From positions 30,130-94,129 of the IMG/VR virus record IMGVR_UViG_3300029288_000083: 64,000 nt of DNA; one strand, 5' to 3'. Numbering within the stretch: position 1 is the first letter of the stretch; every line of letters starts with the position of its first letter. Positions 44,603 through 55,800 of this stretch are shown here, in pieces. The notes under the pieces are model-generated. The model searched no databases. It was not told the origin of the DNA and saw nothing but the letters and a program-made list of their open reading frames with translations. The translations under genes were made by a program, and so were the position numbers. The DNA comes from a virus (lineage: Duplodnaviria; Heunggongvirae; Uroviricota; Caudoviricetes).

Positions 44603-45145
44603 TTATTTGATAACGATACGATACACGTTTGACGCAGGTGCGACTGCAAATGTTACAGTTACTGTATTGACACCAGTCACGACGTAATCAGCATATACGA
44701 TTTCACCTGTTGAAATTTCTCGTAATTCAACAATAACGTCAAGTGTATTTAAGTTATGCGTAATTGGAATTGATGTTAATAAAGGTGAACCTTGAACAAT
44801 GTTTGCAGCATATCTGCCTACAAGATTCGTTAAGTGAGTTGTTAACTTTAATGGTGTGATTGCACGAGCATCATCAGTTCCTGTTGTTACTTCTGCTTGC
44901 GTTGCAATTTCGATTAAACCGGCACGTGTTTCTGTTGATGTAACAGAAGCTAAAGATGCAGGTGTAATTGCTTTAATTGTATCAGTTCCAGTTTGTGCTT
45001 CTGCGTTTGTTGCAAGATAAACCATACCAAGTATAGTTGTAGTTGCTTGTTGTCTGTTTCTTTCTAATGCAATCCAGTCAGCAGCAGTAGTTGGTCCTGC
45101 GTCATCTTTATTTGCAATAATAACATCACCAACGTCTAATTTCAT
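44603..45145 (-). CDS. tail fibre-like structural protein
   Basis: Thr/Ala/Val-rich. In the structural block. Confidence 0.35.
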   Translation of the reverse strand: MKLDVGDVIIANKDDAGPTTAADWIALERNRQQATTTILGMVYLATNAEAQTGTDTIKAITPASLASVTSTETRAGLIEIATQAEVTTGTDDARAITPLKLTTHLTNLVGRYAANIVQGSPLLTSIPITHNLNTLDVIVELREISTGEIVYADYVVTGVNTVTVTFAVAPASNVYRIVIK

Positions 45146-45171
45146 TTGTCCGCCTACGTTACCTGCAACTG

Positions 45172-45807
45172 TTACATACCAATAATCGCCTTTTTGAGTT
45201 CCTGGGCAGCTCCAACTACAGGGAACGTTGACCCTGATGCGTCAAATGATCCTTCAAGATTTCCTAACGCAACAACAGTAGTATCAATATACGATTTTAT
45301 TGCAGTTGATGTTGCTAATGTTGTTGTTGATGCATTTGCTAAATCCGATACAACGCCTACAGCTGATGTAACACCAGTGCCAGCAACAACACGACCGATA
45401 ACAGTCATTGTTGCAACATCTTGAATTTTTGCAAACGTTACGTTCTTATCTGTAATTTTAATAGTCGTAACAGAATTAGAAGCTAATTCATTATTGCTAA
45501 CACCGCCTGTTGCAATTTTAACGCCTGATGCACTTACAGATAATGTTGCGCCATCAAGATTTACTGCTAATGATATTGCACCTGTTGTGCCACCGCCAGT
45601 TAAACCGTTTCCTGCAGTAACTGCAGTTATATCGCCTGCCATACTTTTCCAAGCAGCAGCAGTTCCGTCGTAATAATAGACTAATTGGTCTGACGTATTA
45701 TAATATACTTGACCCGCAACTGGTGATCCAGGAGGTGTTCCTAAATTTTGCAATGCAACATTTAGTATTTGATTTTTCGTCAAGTCTAAATTACTTAATA
45801 GTTTCAT
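45172..45807 (-). CDS. tail fibre protein
   Basis: N-terminal 'LDLTKNQILNVALQNLGTPPGSPVAGQVYYN' resembles conserved phage tail-fibre N-termini. Confidence 0.45.
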   Translation of the reverse strand: MKLLSNLDLTKNQILNVALQNLGTPPGSPVAGQVYYNTSDQLVYYYDGTAAAWKSMAGDITAVTAGNGLTGGGTTGAISLAVNLDGATLSVSASGVKIATGGVSNNELASNSVTTIKITDKNVTFAKIQDVATMTVIGRVVAGTGVTSAVGVVSDLANASTTTLATSTAIKSYIDTTVVALGNLEGSFDASGSTFPVVGAAQELKKAIIGM

Positions 45808-45839
45808 TTTCTATAATTATTTTATTTATTTATATATTC

Positions 45840-47033
45840 TTAATTCACGTACGCTTTACCACTGAAAGCAGCAGTGAATGTCATAACAACTGTATTCATA
45901 TCTTGATATTCTTTATCGCCATAAACTTCTGTGCTTGCTGAATCAACAATTGTGACTACAGCGTATTTTCCAAGATTGTGATTAATTGTCCAAGTTGCTG
46001 AAGCAACAATTTGATTATGCACATATGTTTTATCAGCAACTGATGCAAGTGCATCATCAACATATCCTTTTGTTGTTATATGATCGTTATCAGCAGCACC
46101 TGTTGCTATATCAGTAACACCTGATAATACATTTAGATTTGTTGTTGAGATAGTATCAGATTCGACAATTGAATCTAATGCGCTAATCATAACTCGACCA
46201 TTATTTAATGGTGCTGAAGCATTTGTACCGCCGTTTGCAATTGGTAGTATGTTAAATACATCAGCAGTTAAATCAACAGACGAACCACTCGAAACAACTC
46301 CGCTATCAATTCTTAATAAACCGTCATTGATTCCTGATAACGTTAATCCAACAAATGATGGTGAATTTGTTGTTCCAAGATTTTGATTAAGGTTGCTAAC
46401 GTAACCCCATTGGGCATTAGTTATTACATTTGTATCAATATTCGATAATTGTGTTACCTCATTAGAAGTAAGACTAAGAACATTGTTATTATTGATACTA
46501 ACGCCACCAACTGTTGGCATATTTGTGATTTCTATATCAGTAAACCAGCCTTTAGCAATTCGTGAACCTGTTGTTCCTATTTGATTTGTTGCTGAAATAG
46601 TTCCGCTTACATTTTGCAATAAGCCATTTCCTAATGATGTAAGTACAATGTTATTAAATGTAGGTATTGATGTTGTCGAAACATTTTGATTCATGTTTCC
46701 TAAATATCCCCACTTTGTAGAAGATATTGATGTTGACCCAATGTTTGCTAATTGCAAATATATGCCAGTTGTTAAACTTATAACATTATTATATTGTGCA
46801 AGTGATAAATGATAAAATTCATTAACAGCACCACCTTGTTTCGATATTAATGTATTATGTGCAAGCGTTGGTATTCCGTTTGTTAATGATAGCCATTGAG
46901 CACCTATAAATCCTTCAAAATCTGTACCAGTCCATCGGATCATACCTGCAACAGCAGTGTCGGACGTATTTGGCAACATTTTTATAGTGCCATCTACTTG
47001 TATTGAATATTCTATCCGTTTAACTAACTCCAT
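45840..47033 (-). CDS. tail fibre protein (paralog of 48753..51008)
   Basis: N-terminal 60 aa nearly identical to 48753..51008 (MELVKRIEYSIQVDGT…GMIRW.G.D..GF…W.SLT). Repeated 'LPIANGGTN' motifs. Confidence 0.55.
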   Translation of the reverse strand: MELVKRIEYSIQVDGTIKMLPNTSDTAVAGMIRWTGTDFEGFIGAQWLSLTNGIPTLAHNTLISKQGGAVNEFYHLSLAQYNNVISLTTGIYLQLANIGSTSISSTKWGYLGNMNQNVSTTSIPTFNNIVLTSLGNGLLQNVSGTISATNQIGTTGSRIAKGWFTDIEITNMPTVGGVSINNNNVLSLTSNEVTQLSNIDTNVITNAQWGYVSNLNQNLGTTNSPSFVGLTLSGINDGLLRIDSGVVSSGSSVDLTADVFNILPIANGGTNASAPLNNGRVMISALDSIVESDTISTTNLNVLSGVTDIATGAADNDHITTKGYVDDALASVADKTYVHNQIVASATWTINHNLGKYAVVTIVDSASTEVYGDKEYQDMNTVVMTFTAAFSGKAYVN

Positions 47034-47106
47034 GTTCTATACTATTATTTTATTATATATTCGTTTGAATACATGGATAACTTCAACTTAATAAATCGAA
47101 TGAATT

Positions 47107-47775
47107 TTAAAAAACGTAATTGATGTCGTTTAAGTAATTACAATATGCACCAGTTAATAAAGCAGACCATGCGGTATTATCTGTAACATTAGGTATTGAT
47201 GTACCATCATTGTATTTTGATGTTGCAAGATTTTGAGCAAGCCACGTTTGTGTGCCAATTGTAACTGAAGTATAAAAATTTCCATCTCCATCTGTTACTG
47301 TTGTATTTGAATTATCGTTATCTCGTATGCAACGAATGCTTAACCCTGATGCGTAAAATGGATTTGAACTATAAAAAGTCGGACCTGTATAATTTAATAA
47401 ATGTTCAAAAGCAGAATTAACATTTGCAATTGTTGACGACCAATACTCTGCACCGGTATTTGGATGTGTTTGAAATGTGCCATCTGTAAAACGTGTACCT
47501 GCAGGCTTACCCGTGAAACCTGTTGTATTTGTTGCACCAGTATTTGGCGAATCCCAATGTGTTGTTCCAGTTTCTTTTAATGGTCCACCAGCAACTCCTG
47601 AACCGCCAAGATACGTGATAAGTGTCCAGAACTCTGTATCGGTTGGCACGTGCCAACCTGTAGGAGCAAGCTTGCCTGTATTTACTGCATACCAATTGTA
47701 CAATCTTCCATAACCTAAAACAGATGGCGATTGTACTACTTGCGGTTTATATCCTAACAGATGAATGAATTCCAT
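47107..47775 (-). CDS. FISUMP-domain (TIGR02145-like) protein
   Basis: 'RLYNWYAVNTGKLAPTGWHVPTDTEFWTLITYLGG…' and C-terminal '…GLSIRCIRD' match the Fibrobacter/Bacteroidetes paralogous domain. Confidence 0.5.
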   Translation of the reverse strand: MEFIHLLGYKPQVVQSPSVLGYGRLYNWYAVNTGKLAPTGWHVPTDTEFWTLITYLGGSGVAGGPLKETGTTHWDSPNTGATNTTGFTGKPAGTRFTDGTFQTHPNTGAEYWSSTIANVNSAFEHLLNYTGPTFYSSNPFYASGLSIRCIRDNDNSNTTVTDGDGNFYTSVTIGTQTWLAQNLATSKYNDGTSIPNVTDNTAWSALLTGAYCNYLNDINYVF

Positions 47776-48033
47776 TTAATACTGATTTATTAATTGATAT
47801 GTTACTTCAGCAGTTGTTGTTTCCTTTGTACAAAGTAAAACGTAAACATTTTTCTTTGCACCATCATATGTGAATTGTCCTGGTATTAAATGAAAGGTTG
47901 CAGGGAATATCGGTGCAACAGAACCTGTCAGTGTTAATAATTTACTAACATTTTCCTTATAAATTGCTGTAAAAGTTGTAGATGATAATGTTTTTTGTGA
48001 ATTGATTGAATTTGCTTGAAAAATCAATAACAT
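47776..48033 (-). CDS. hypothetical small protein
   Basis: ORF in the structural block. Confidence 0.3.
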   Translation of the reverse strand: MLLIFQANSINSQKTLSSTTFTAIYKENVSKLLTLTGSVAPIFPATFHLIPGQFTYDGAKKNVYVLLCTKETTTAEVTYQLINQY

Positions 48034-48127
48034 TATTTGTCATTGCTAATGTTCAGCGTGTATTACCACTTACCAATGAAGATAAACCAGACATTGATGA
48101 ATTTGACATTATTATTTATTTTTTTAA

Positions 48128-48760
48128 TTATTTGAATCTTCCTTGTAAATGATTATAATTTTGCAATTCATAAATAGTTTTATTATGATCTATGCAAAGT
48201 CTTTTCAATAATACTTCTTCTAATGTATAACACAATGCAAATGTTATATCGTGTATACTTTTAAGCAATTTTATTTTTTCAAATACTTCATTAATATAAA
48301 TATCTTTAAATGTAATATCATTAAATCCCAAAAGCCCACTGCATATAATATTTCCTATGTTATCAATCGAAATACCTAATTGCATAACTTCTTTGTTGAA
48401 ACTACAAGATCTTAATTTTTCTGTAATTATATCAGCATCTGTTTTTGGCATTTCATATAAAGTTGCATCAATATCAATATGTATGTATGGTTCTTTTTGA
48501 AATTCTTGTACTTGAAATTTTCCAATGTAAATTAATCTATCATCTATAATTGGAAAATTAATTATTTCAACATTATTCTTATCAATAATATCTTTTATAA
48601 CTTCATAGCCAGCAACATCAGTATACATTTTATAATCTGCTATTTTTGAATGAACACTGTAAGATTTTTGCAAATATTGTTTCATACTACGAATAGTAGA
48701 AAATCCTGCATTTAATCTTTCTCCTTCAAAAGTATTATATGTCTGAATTATTTTATGCAT
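48128..48760 (-). CDS. hypothetical protein (possible fibre assembly factor)
   Basis: Lies between two fibre genes. No motif. Confidence 0.3.
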   Translation of the reverse strand: MHKIIQTYNTFEGERLNAGFSTIRSMKQYLQKSYSVHSKIADYKMYTDVAGYEVIKDIIDKNNVEIINFPIIDDRLIYIGKFQVQEFQKEPYIHIDIDATLYEMPKTDADIITEKLRSCSFNKEVMQLGISIDNIGNIICSGLLGFNDITFKDIYINEVFEKIKLLKSIHDITFALCYTLEEVLLKRLCIDHNKTIYELQNYNHLQGRFK

Positions 48761-51008
48761 AAACCTTTCCTCTTATAGTTCCAGTTAATGTAACAGAAAC
48801 ATATGTTGTTGCAGGGTCAAAAGTTGCGTCATGACTAACTGCGAAAGTTAAGCCATCAGATATTTTTGGAATTGAATTTGTTCCTGATTGATATGTTCCG
48901 TCAAATTCAGATGTTATGACATATCTATATCCGTCACCTGCTAGATTACCGTATGAACTATCATAACTAACGTACGCACTATTTCTAGCGCCAAATTGAC
49001 TTATCGTGAATTTTGTATTTATTGTTGATATTACTCTATCAGTTAATAAAATTTGACTGAAGCCATCAAAATCAACGTATCCTTCAGTTAATCCTGTGAA
49101 GATATTGATTGTATCTGTTGATGTGCTGGCTTTCATTCTAAAAATAACTTCAGCAGTAAAGAAGCCTCCTTGTAAAATGGTTCCTTTTACTGTTAAATCA
49201 GGATTACTATTATTCTGCCATGTATACGCGTTTATTTTATTATCGACATATTTTTTGTTTACAACTTCTAAATCGTTTATAAATGCTAAATCATTATTAT
49301 ATACTATTTTTCCATCGCCTTGTATATAAACCTTTTCATTGTTTTCAGTTAAGAATGAAGCTATTTTTTCTGTATCTGCAAGATATGTACGCCCAGTACT
49401 TCCATCAGATTTACATGCGTTTAATGAGAATCCTGCACCACTAGGCGCAGTTGCACCTTGGTAACTTGTAATTGATACTGGTGCGTACGCGCCACCTGTC
49501 GAATTTGTAAAACCTGCTAGTTGCATTCCGCCTATAGCATGTCCAACACCTGATACCATACCAGCAACTTGTCCATCTATTGCAGGTCCAAACGGTAATG
49601 ACCCGAAAGGCGTGGCTGCCATGTGTATATTTCGATAATACGTAGATGCATTTCCATTTAATGTGAATACTTGGTTTGCACCTAAATATGAATATCCGCC
49701 AATAAGTAATTGTTCATTAAATTGTGTTGTGCCTGTAACTGTGCCACCTGTTAATGGAAGATAACTTCCAGATAAACCACTTATTGCGCTATCAACATAA
49801 CCTTGTGTAGGAAACTTATTATTATTACTTGTTCCTGTTACGACACTTGTAATACCTGAAAGAACAGCTAAATTTGTTGTTGTAATTGTTGACGATTCGA
49901 CAATTTTTCCAAATGAACTTATCATAACGCGTCCATTAACTAAAGCAGTTGACGAGTTTGTTCCGCCATTTGCTATAGGTAATAACAAATTAGATATAAC
50001 ATTTGAAACTTTATTATTTACCCATTCAACATCGGGAATTGAACGGTTAACAAAGTTTGCGCTAAAATCATTATTGTAGGTCATACCAGTAAATGATAAT
50101 GATCCGCTTGATATTTCAAACGAATTATTTGCAACTAGCCAGTAAGCGTCAGCATTCGCGCTGATATTACTGAATGAACTCATTGGGTTACCAAAACTCA
50201 ATGTATGTCCTGCACCAAATACATAAGTATCTTCTGTAATTGCTCCACCGAATTTAATAACTTCATTTGAAATTGTTAATCCGTTTTCTGCTGTTAATTT
50301 CGGAATACTTGCAATTTGCTTATCTACATATCCTTGTGTAACTAATTTATCGTTATTTATATCTGGACTGCCTACGCCTATCGTTATTCCTGTGATTCCG
50401 TCTAATAAATTTAAAATATTTACAGAAACAGTGGATTCAATAATTGTGCCATTTTCGCTTATCATTACAAATCCATTTGCTAAAACCGCATTTGAATTTG
50501 TTCCACCATTTGCTATCGGCAATATTCCAGAAACTTGCGAATCCAAATCTATTTTATTCGTCGTGCTCAAGAATCCGCCGCTTACAGATAAAGGTCCATC
50601 AGTTAAAGATGATAAATTTATGTTAGAGAATTCTGGTGCAGAACCAGACTTAACATCTTGGTCCAAACTTCCAAGTAAACCCCATTGATACGCTTCTATG
50701 ACAGTATTTTGAATTTTAGCCAATTGCGTATATGCGTTATTGCTTATACCTATTAAGTTATTGTATTGAAATAAAGAAAGGTGATAAAAGTCATCATCTA
50801 AACCTCCTCCTTGTTTTGAACCTAGTGCATTATGTTCGATTGCTGAAATATCGCCTGTCAAAGATACCCATGCGCCATTTACAAAACCTTGTAAATCAAC
50901 ACCGTTCCATCTAATCATTCCACCAACACCAGCATCGCTAGTATTCTGTAACAATTTTAATGTGCCATCTACTTGTATTGAATATTCTATTCGTTTAATT
51001 AACTCCAT
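48753..51008 (-). CDS. large tail fibre protein
   Basis: 751 aa. Conserved N-terminus shared with 45840..47033. Repeated 'LPIANGGTNS' segments. Ser/Gly/Thr-rich. Confidence 0.55.
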   Translation of the reverse strand: MELIKRIEYSIQVDGTLKLLQNTSDAGVGGMIRWNGVDLQGFVNGAWVSLTGDISAIEHNALGSKQGGGLDDDFYHLSLFQYNNLIGISNNAYTQLAKIQNTVIEAYQWGLLGSLDQDVKSGSAPEFSNINLSSLTDGPLSVSGGFLSTTNKIDLDSQVSGILPIANGGTNSNAVLANGFVMISENGTIIESTVSVNILNLLDGITGITIGVGSPDINNDKLVTQGYVDKQIASIPKLTAENGLTISNEVIKFGGAITEDTYVFGAGHTLSFGNPMSSFSNISANADAYWLVANNSFEISSGSLSFTGMTYNNDFSANFVNRSIPDVEWVNNKVSNVISNLLLPIANGGTNSSTALVNGRVMISSFGKIVESSTITTTNLAVLSGITSVVTGTSNNNKFPTQGYVDSAISGLSGSYLPLTGGTVTGTTQFNEQLLIGGYSYLGANQVFTLNGNASTYYRNIHMAATPFGSLPFGPAIDGQVAGMVSGVGHAIGGMQLAGFTNSTGGAYAPVSITSYQGATAPSGAGFSLNACKSDGSTGRTYLADTEKIASFLTENNEKVYIQGDGKIVYNNDLAFINDLEVVNKKYVDNKINAYTWQNNSNPDLTVKGTILQGGFFTAEVIFRMKASTSTDTINIFTGLTEGYVDFDGFSQILLTDRVISTINTKFTISQFGARNSAYVSYDSSYGNLAGDGYRYVITSEFDGTYQSGTNSIPKISDGLTFAVSHDATFDPATTYVSVTLTGTIRGKVYA

Positions 51009-51015
51009 TATGATA

Positions 51016-52344
51016 TTAAATTGTTATGCTGTTTGCTTTGTATTTCAAAATTCCTGTAAACCCAGTAGCATCTGCAATTACGTCTAACATTAAATTGTTT
51101 CCACTTATTGATGCGTTGAAATTAATTCCAAGATTTGAATTTGTTGGCAATGTTATGTATTCTGTTTCTAAACCAGGATTTGCGCCATCGTGTAGCATTT
51201 TTATGTTTCCTGTTGCAAAAAAACCGTTTCTTTCTAATGTATATGTTATATGAACAGCGCGTATTTGAGTTATATCGCATACTGATATACTTGTTGTTGC
51301 ATTATCTGCAATATTTTCAATAAATTCTGTGTCAACAGCAACAGGTTCACCATTCCATGATAGAATTGTGCCATTGTCGCTGAATAAATCTAAAGTTGAA
51401 ATGTTTGTATGCTCATGATCATTAACCGCAACCAAATTATTGCCAACTATTGCAATTGTTGTACCGTCCACATTTACTGCTAGCCCATTGCCTGGTGTCC
51501 CAGCGTACAATGAAATCGCGCCTGCTGCGTATACCACTGCCGCATTTAATTTGTCATATGTTACAGCACCGCTGTATATTTTTCCATTGGTAACCGCATT
51601 ATTCGATAATTGCGTTGCCGTGATACCACTATTCTTTACGTACAATGCAGTACTATTCCATCCAATTGTTGTATCGTCATACAATACACTTATTGTGTTT
51701 CCTATTTTTGAAATTCCGTTTCCTGCAAGCAGAATACCAATGCCGTTAAATTGATTAAATGTTAATGTATCAGTTCCTAAATTGTATATTCCATTTGCCG
51801 CGATTGGTGAACCGCCTGCAGCAGATAAAATATAACCAGCGCCTTTATTTACATTTCCTTTATTTACAAAACATGTCATTCCTAATCGAACTTCATTGCT
51901 GCTAGGCAATACGTTATCGCAGTCAGATGCTCTATAAAATTTGTTGTTTGTTACATTATACGTCCAAATACCATTGCCTTTTGCGTCTGATGCATTTTTG
52001 ATTAAAATTCTAAAGCCGTCTGTTATTGATACGCCATCTATTGATTTTGGATTGATTATGTTACCCCAATAATCTGTTCCTTCGCCTGCTGTTTCCGCGT
52101 TATATGTGTATGGCGAATTGTTTGTATTTTGCAATTCGGTAACAGTAGTAGTTGCAACATCGACAGGTTCTTTCGTAGAAGCAACATTTGTTTTTGTATC
52201 AACATATATTTTTGTTGCAACGTCATTATCGGTTTGTGGAATACTTACATTGCTGATAGCATGTCCGTTCATTGAAAGGTCAGAATCGACAAGTAACTTT
52301 GCTATCGTTACTGATGCATTCTTTATTTGTTTACCACTTATCAT
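51016..52344 (-). CDS. tail fibre/structural protein
   Basis: Gly/Asn/Thr-rich 442 aa in the structural block. Confidence 0.4.
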   Translation of the reverse strand: MISGKQIKNASVTIAKLLVDSDLSMNGHAISNVSIPQTDNDVATKIYVDTKTNVASTKEPVDVATTTVTELQNTNNSPYTYNAETAGEGTDYWGNIINPKSIDGVSITDGFRILIKNASDAKGNGIWTYNVTNNKFYRASDCDNVLPSSNEVRLGMTCFVNKGNVNKGAGYILSAAGGSPIAANGIYNLGTDTLTFNQFNGIGILLAGNGISKIGNTISVLYDDTTIGWNSTALYVKNSGITATQLSNNAVTNGKIYSGAVTYDKLNAAVVYAAGAISLYAGTPGNGLAVNVDGTTIAIVGNNLVAVNDHEHTNISTLDLFSDNGTILSWNGEPVAVDTEFIENIADNATTSISVCDITQIRAVHITYTLERNGFFATGNIKMLHDGANPGLETEYITLPTNSNLGINFNASISGNNLMLDVIADATGFTGILKYKANSITI

Positions 52345-52568
52345 TGTTCTTTTATTTTATTTATATATTCAATAATTGTGTTGTAAAAATAAATGTTTAG
52401 CAAGAAATAACTTGCGTAAGTCTTACACACGTTGTTGTTTGTGTACTTATATAATCTATCAATAACTCATATTTTGTCAACGTCTTTGCATACATATGCG
52501 TCCGCATTTTGATTTAAGTGTAGATTTGTAGTAGCACAGATGCTGTTAACATCATCAGATTAAATTTT

Positions 52569-54152
52569 TTATGCGCCTCCGCCTGTTATAAAATCAATAG
52601 TATCATTGATTCCATCTGTTGACATTAAATAATATAATGATATTTCATCATCTGTTGCTAATTGATAGCCTGCAATACTTCCGTTCCAATAAACTTTATC
52701 ACCAACTTGTATATCAATAATTGCTCTTGGCGTTACTCCGGAATCTCCACTAAAATAACAAGAACAATTGAGTTTGGTATTATCGCCTACATCAATTCCA
52801 ACCCCGTTTATTTCAACTTTGACATATGAATTATTTACGGGCGTTGTTGATATACCAAGCGTTGTTGCTAATGAACCGTCTGCTGTTGTAACAAGACAAT
52901 CCATTTTTTTATCGCTAGCTGTATCTTGAATCGACGCAAACGCAGTTGCCCACACTGCAGCGTTTGGTGTATCAATTACGCATATGTATGTTTTATATGT
53001 TATTGTATTTACCCACAATGTACCTATTTCTGCTGTTTCGTACGATACAGATGGCGGGATACTACTATCACCAGCGTTTGGATTACGTGCTGCATTTATT
53101 GTTTTTCTTTGAAATCCAGTATGACCAGATTCGTTGAATCCCAATTCAAATAACTCCGAGTGATTTGCAGTTCCGCTGCCTGGCGAACCTATTGTTCCAC
53201 TTATTGCTGCTATATCATTGTTGCTGATTGACGCGCTTAAACTTGTACAAAAATGTGTTCGAAGTACTTTGTACAATTTTTTATCTGGTGCTGTTATGTT
53301 TCCATTATCATAAGATAATATTTGACCTGCTAAATAAGTATAACGTTTTCTTAAATCTGCTCCTGCATCGTGGTGAGTTGTTATACTTGTAATTACATTA
53401 CTTAATAAAGTGCCAGGCGTTATTGCTGGCGCATTTATTGATTGTCCTGTTTTATAATTCAAATAATTTTCAGACGTTCCTTCTGCTGAAACACCCCAAC
53501 TCCAAGGACGTAAATGATTGAATCCTGACGCTGAACTGTAATTGGCAGGTACATATACTATACCTAAAAGTACAGATTCATCTGCAAACAATCCTGCATT
53601 GTTTAATTGAGTTTCAACGTATGATACATTGAAAAGATCCGTTAAATTTGTCGAACCATTCACGACAGTTATTTTTGCTTTGTAAAAAGCAGTGTCTGAT
53701 ATTTCTGCTCTGTTTGGATAACCACTAGATGCATATATTAAATCATATCGACCATACGATGATGTTGGTAATACTGTTATATCGCCTGGTGCATTATCTG
53801 CTTGAACTACTGCTTTGTGACGATATGTTACGCCATTAATTCTTACATAGCCATTTGTTATTCTAATGTATAAAGGGTCGGCGTCGCCGCCCGCTCCTTC
53901 GATTGAAACAACTTGCATTCCATTTATAATTGCATTTTCTGTATTTAATGCAATTATTTGTTTTGAATCTGATGTGTACAATTGTCCAGTGTACAGATTT
54001 ATTCCAATCTCACCTTGATAGATTGTTTGATTTGTCCATGTACTTGCATCGTCAACATGATTTGTTCCAGGAACTGCTACAACTGGAGATTCAGATTTAT
54101 CTGTCCAGTATTTTGAAATTCTTCTAGAAAATTGTGTTATTATGTTGCTCAT
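52569..54152 (-). CDS. structural protein (tail/baseplate-like)
   Basis: 527 aa, Ser/Thr/Gly/Asn-rich. Confidence 0.4.
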   Translation of the reverse strand: MSNIITQFSRRISKYWTDKSESPVVAVPGTNHVDDASTWTNQTIYQGEIGINLYTGQLYTSDSKQIIALNTENAIINGMQVVSIEGAGGDADPLYIRITNGYVRINGVTYRHKAVVQADNAPGDITVLPTSSYGRYDLIYASSGYPNRAEISDTAFYKAKITVVNGSTNLTDLFNVSYVETQLNNAGLFADESVLLGIVYVPANYSSASGFNHLRPWSWGVSAEGTSENYLNYKTGQSINAPAITPGTLLSNVITSITTHHDAGADLRKRYTYLAGQILSYDNGNITAPDKKLYKVLRTHFCTSLSASISNNDIAAISGTIGSPGSGTANHSELFELGFNESGHTGFQRKTINAARNPNAGDSSIPPSVSYETAEIGTLWVNTITYKTYICVIDTPNAAVWATAFASIQDTASDKKMDCLVTTADGSLATTLGISTTPVNNSYVKVEINGVGIDVGDNTKLNCSCYFSGDSGVTPRAIIDIQVGDKVYWNGSIAGYQLATDDEISLYYLMSTDGINDTIDFITGGGA

Positions 54153-54181
54153 TGAACTTTATTATTTTAATATATATTCAT

Positions 54182-55045
54182 TTACGAAGCAACAAGAATC
54201 TGTACCTGTAAAGCTTTTGAGTGCGTATTTTTAATCCAAACAGTTTCAATTAAATTCATATCTGTTTCGTTTACATCATCGTCTGCTGTATTCAAATAAA
54301 GTTTACTTAAATTTCGGAAAGTGGCATTTGCGCCATTTGTTTGATAATCATCGTCATACGCATATTTAATATGTTTATCGTTTGATGCTAATGGAGGGTT
54401 TACGTTTTCAACATATAAAGGTTCAACTAACACAAATCGGAATCTACCGTTTGGATAACGTATAGGAGTTTGCGTCAATACATTTGTTATTATGCTAGCA
54501 TCAATTGATAATGAATATGTAAATGCTATGCCAGGCGTCACTGCACGTATTTGAAACGTTTGTGAACTTTCAACAATGTTATAAATTTCAATTTGTGTTT
54601 TTATATTTGCATTTGCATTTATAGCAGCTTTAATGTTTGTTATTAAATTTGCAAACGTAGTGCCAGAAACAAAAGAAACTGTTTCACTTATGCCAAGAGA
54701 AATACATGAAACTGATAATGAACAGTTCGTGCTTATTGTCGGTGTTCCGATAAAATAAGAAGATACATCATATTGATAAATTTCTCTTCTTATTCCATAA
54801 TCTGTAACCATGCCAGAATCAACTCTTCTTATTTCGCCTGGCTGTAAAACTGCAATCGTATCATTATAACAATCAACAGGTACGAAAAAATTCTTTAAGC
54901 AAATGCACGCAACAGTGTTTGGACCTTTTACTATACATAATTTGTTAGGATCTATGAATCTTAACATCATTATGTTTGAATACAATGATGGACAAACAAG
55001 TCCTGATGCTGCGCTTATTTCTGGTTGTGCAATATTTCCACTCAT
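54182..55045 (-). CDS. structural protein
   Basis: ORF in the structural block. Confidence 0.35.
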   Translation of the reverse strand: MSGNIAQPEISAASGLVCPSLYSNIMMLRFIDPNKLCIVKGPNTVACICLKNFFVPVDCYNDTIAVLQPGEIRRVDSGMVTDYGIRREIYQYDVSSYFIGTPTISTNCSLSVSCISLGISETVSFVSGTTFANLITNIKAAINANANIKTQIEIYNIVESSQTFQIRAVTPGIAFTYSLSIDASIITNVLTQTPIRYPNGRFRFVLVEPLYVENVNPPLASNDKHIKYAYDDDYQTNGANATFRNLSKLYLNTADDDVNETDMNLIETVWIKNTHSKALQVQILVAS

Positions 55046-55062
55046 TATTGGTTTTGAATATT

Positions 55063-55800
55063 TTAATTGTCAAGTCCAGGTGTCGTTTTTGGGTGACGAG
55101 TTCCTGTTCTTGTTTTATTTATATATTCTTCTACCATTTGTTTAAATGCGGGTACCGTTTGGTCGACATCTTTTAATATGTCTTCATGAACAATCGGAGT
55201 TTCATTTATTTCTTTATTTGTAACTTCGTCGCCTGTGTTCATGTCTGTTGTTTCAACAACTTCCGCTATTGAATCAGTTTCTTTTGTTTCATCAGACAAT
55301 GTTTCAGAGACTTGATTTGTTTGTGTGGTTTGTATTTGTTCAATTGGTTTCGTATCACTGGCAGGCTTTATATAATCAACTAGCGCCTTTATAAATCCTA
55401 ATGCAACAATAGGAAGTACCGCACCACTCACAATTGCCAAAATTCTTTTTTGTTCAATTGCGTCCATGTCTTGTAGACCGAATAATTGAATCCAACCAGT
55501 AAAATCGTGTAAATGAGCAAATGCATAAAACGTATTTCCCATTATTTGCATAGCAGTTAATACTAAGAATAATGACCATACGATAAATTTATTCATTTTA
55601 TCTAATACGATAATTGATGCTAATGACGCAGCTGCACCTACTTCGAATGCAATTGCTAATGTTGTGGCCATTGTTGGATTATTACTCAATCCGAAGAATT
55701 GAATAACGTGTACCATTGATATGACACTGACTAAAATGTATAATGATACGAATGAAAAAATAATGAAGTAGTGAAGTAATTTATTTTTACTTGTTTTCAT
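55063..55800 (-). CDS. multi-pass membrane protein
   Basis: At least 5 hydrophobic helices in the N-terminal 160 aa. Acidic C-terminal tail. Confidence 0.4.
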   Translation of the reverse strand: MKTSKNKLLHYFIIFSFVSLYILVSVISMVHVIQFFGLSNNPTMATTLAIAFEVGAAASLASIIVLDKMNKFIVWSLFLVLTAMQIMGNTFYAFAHLHDFTGWIQLFGLQDMDAIEQKRILAIVSGAVLPIVALGFIKALVDYIKPASDTKPIEQIQTTQTNQVSETLSDETKETDSIAEVVETTDMNTGDEVTNKEINETPIVHEDILKDVDQTVPAFKQMVEEYINKTRTGTRHPKTTPGLDN

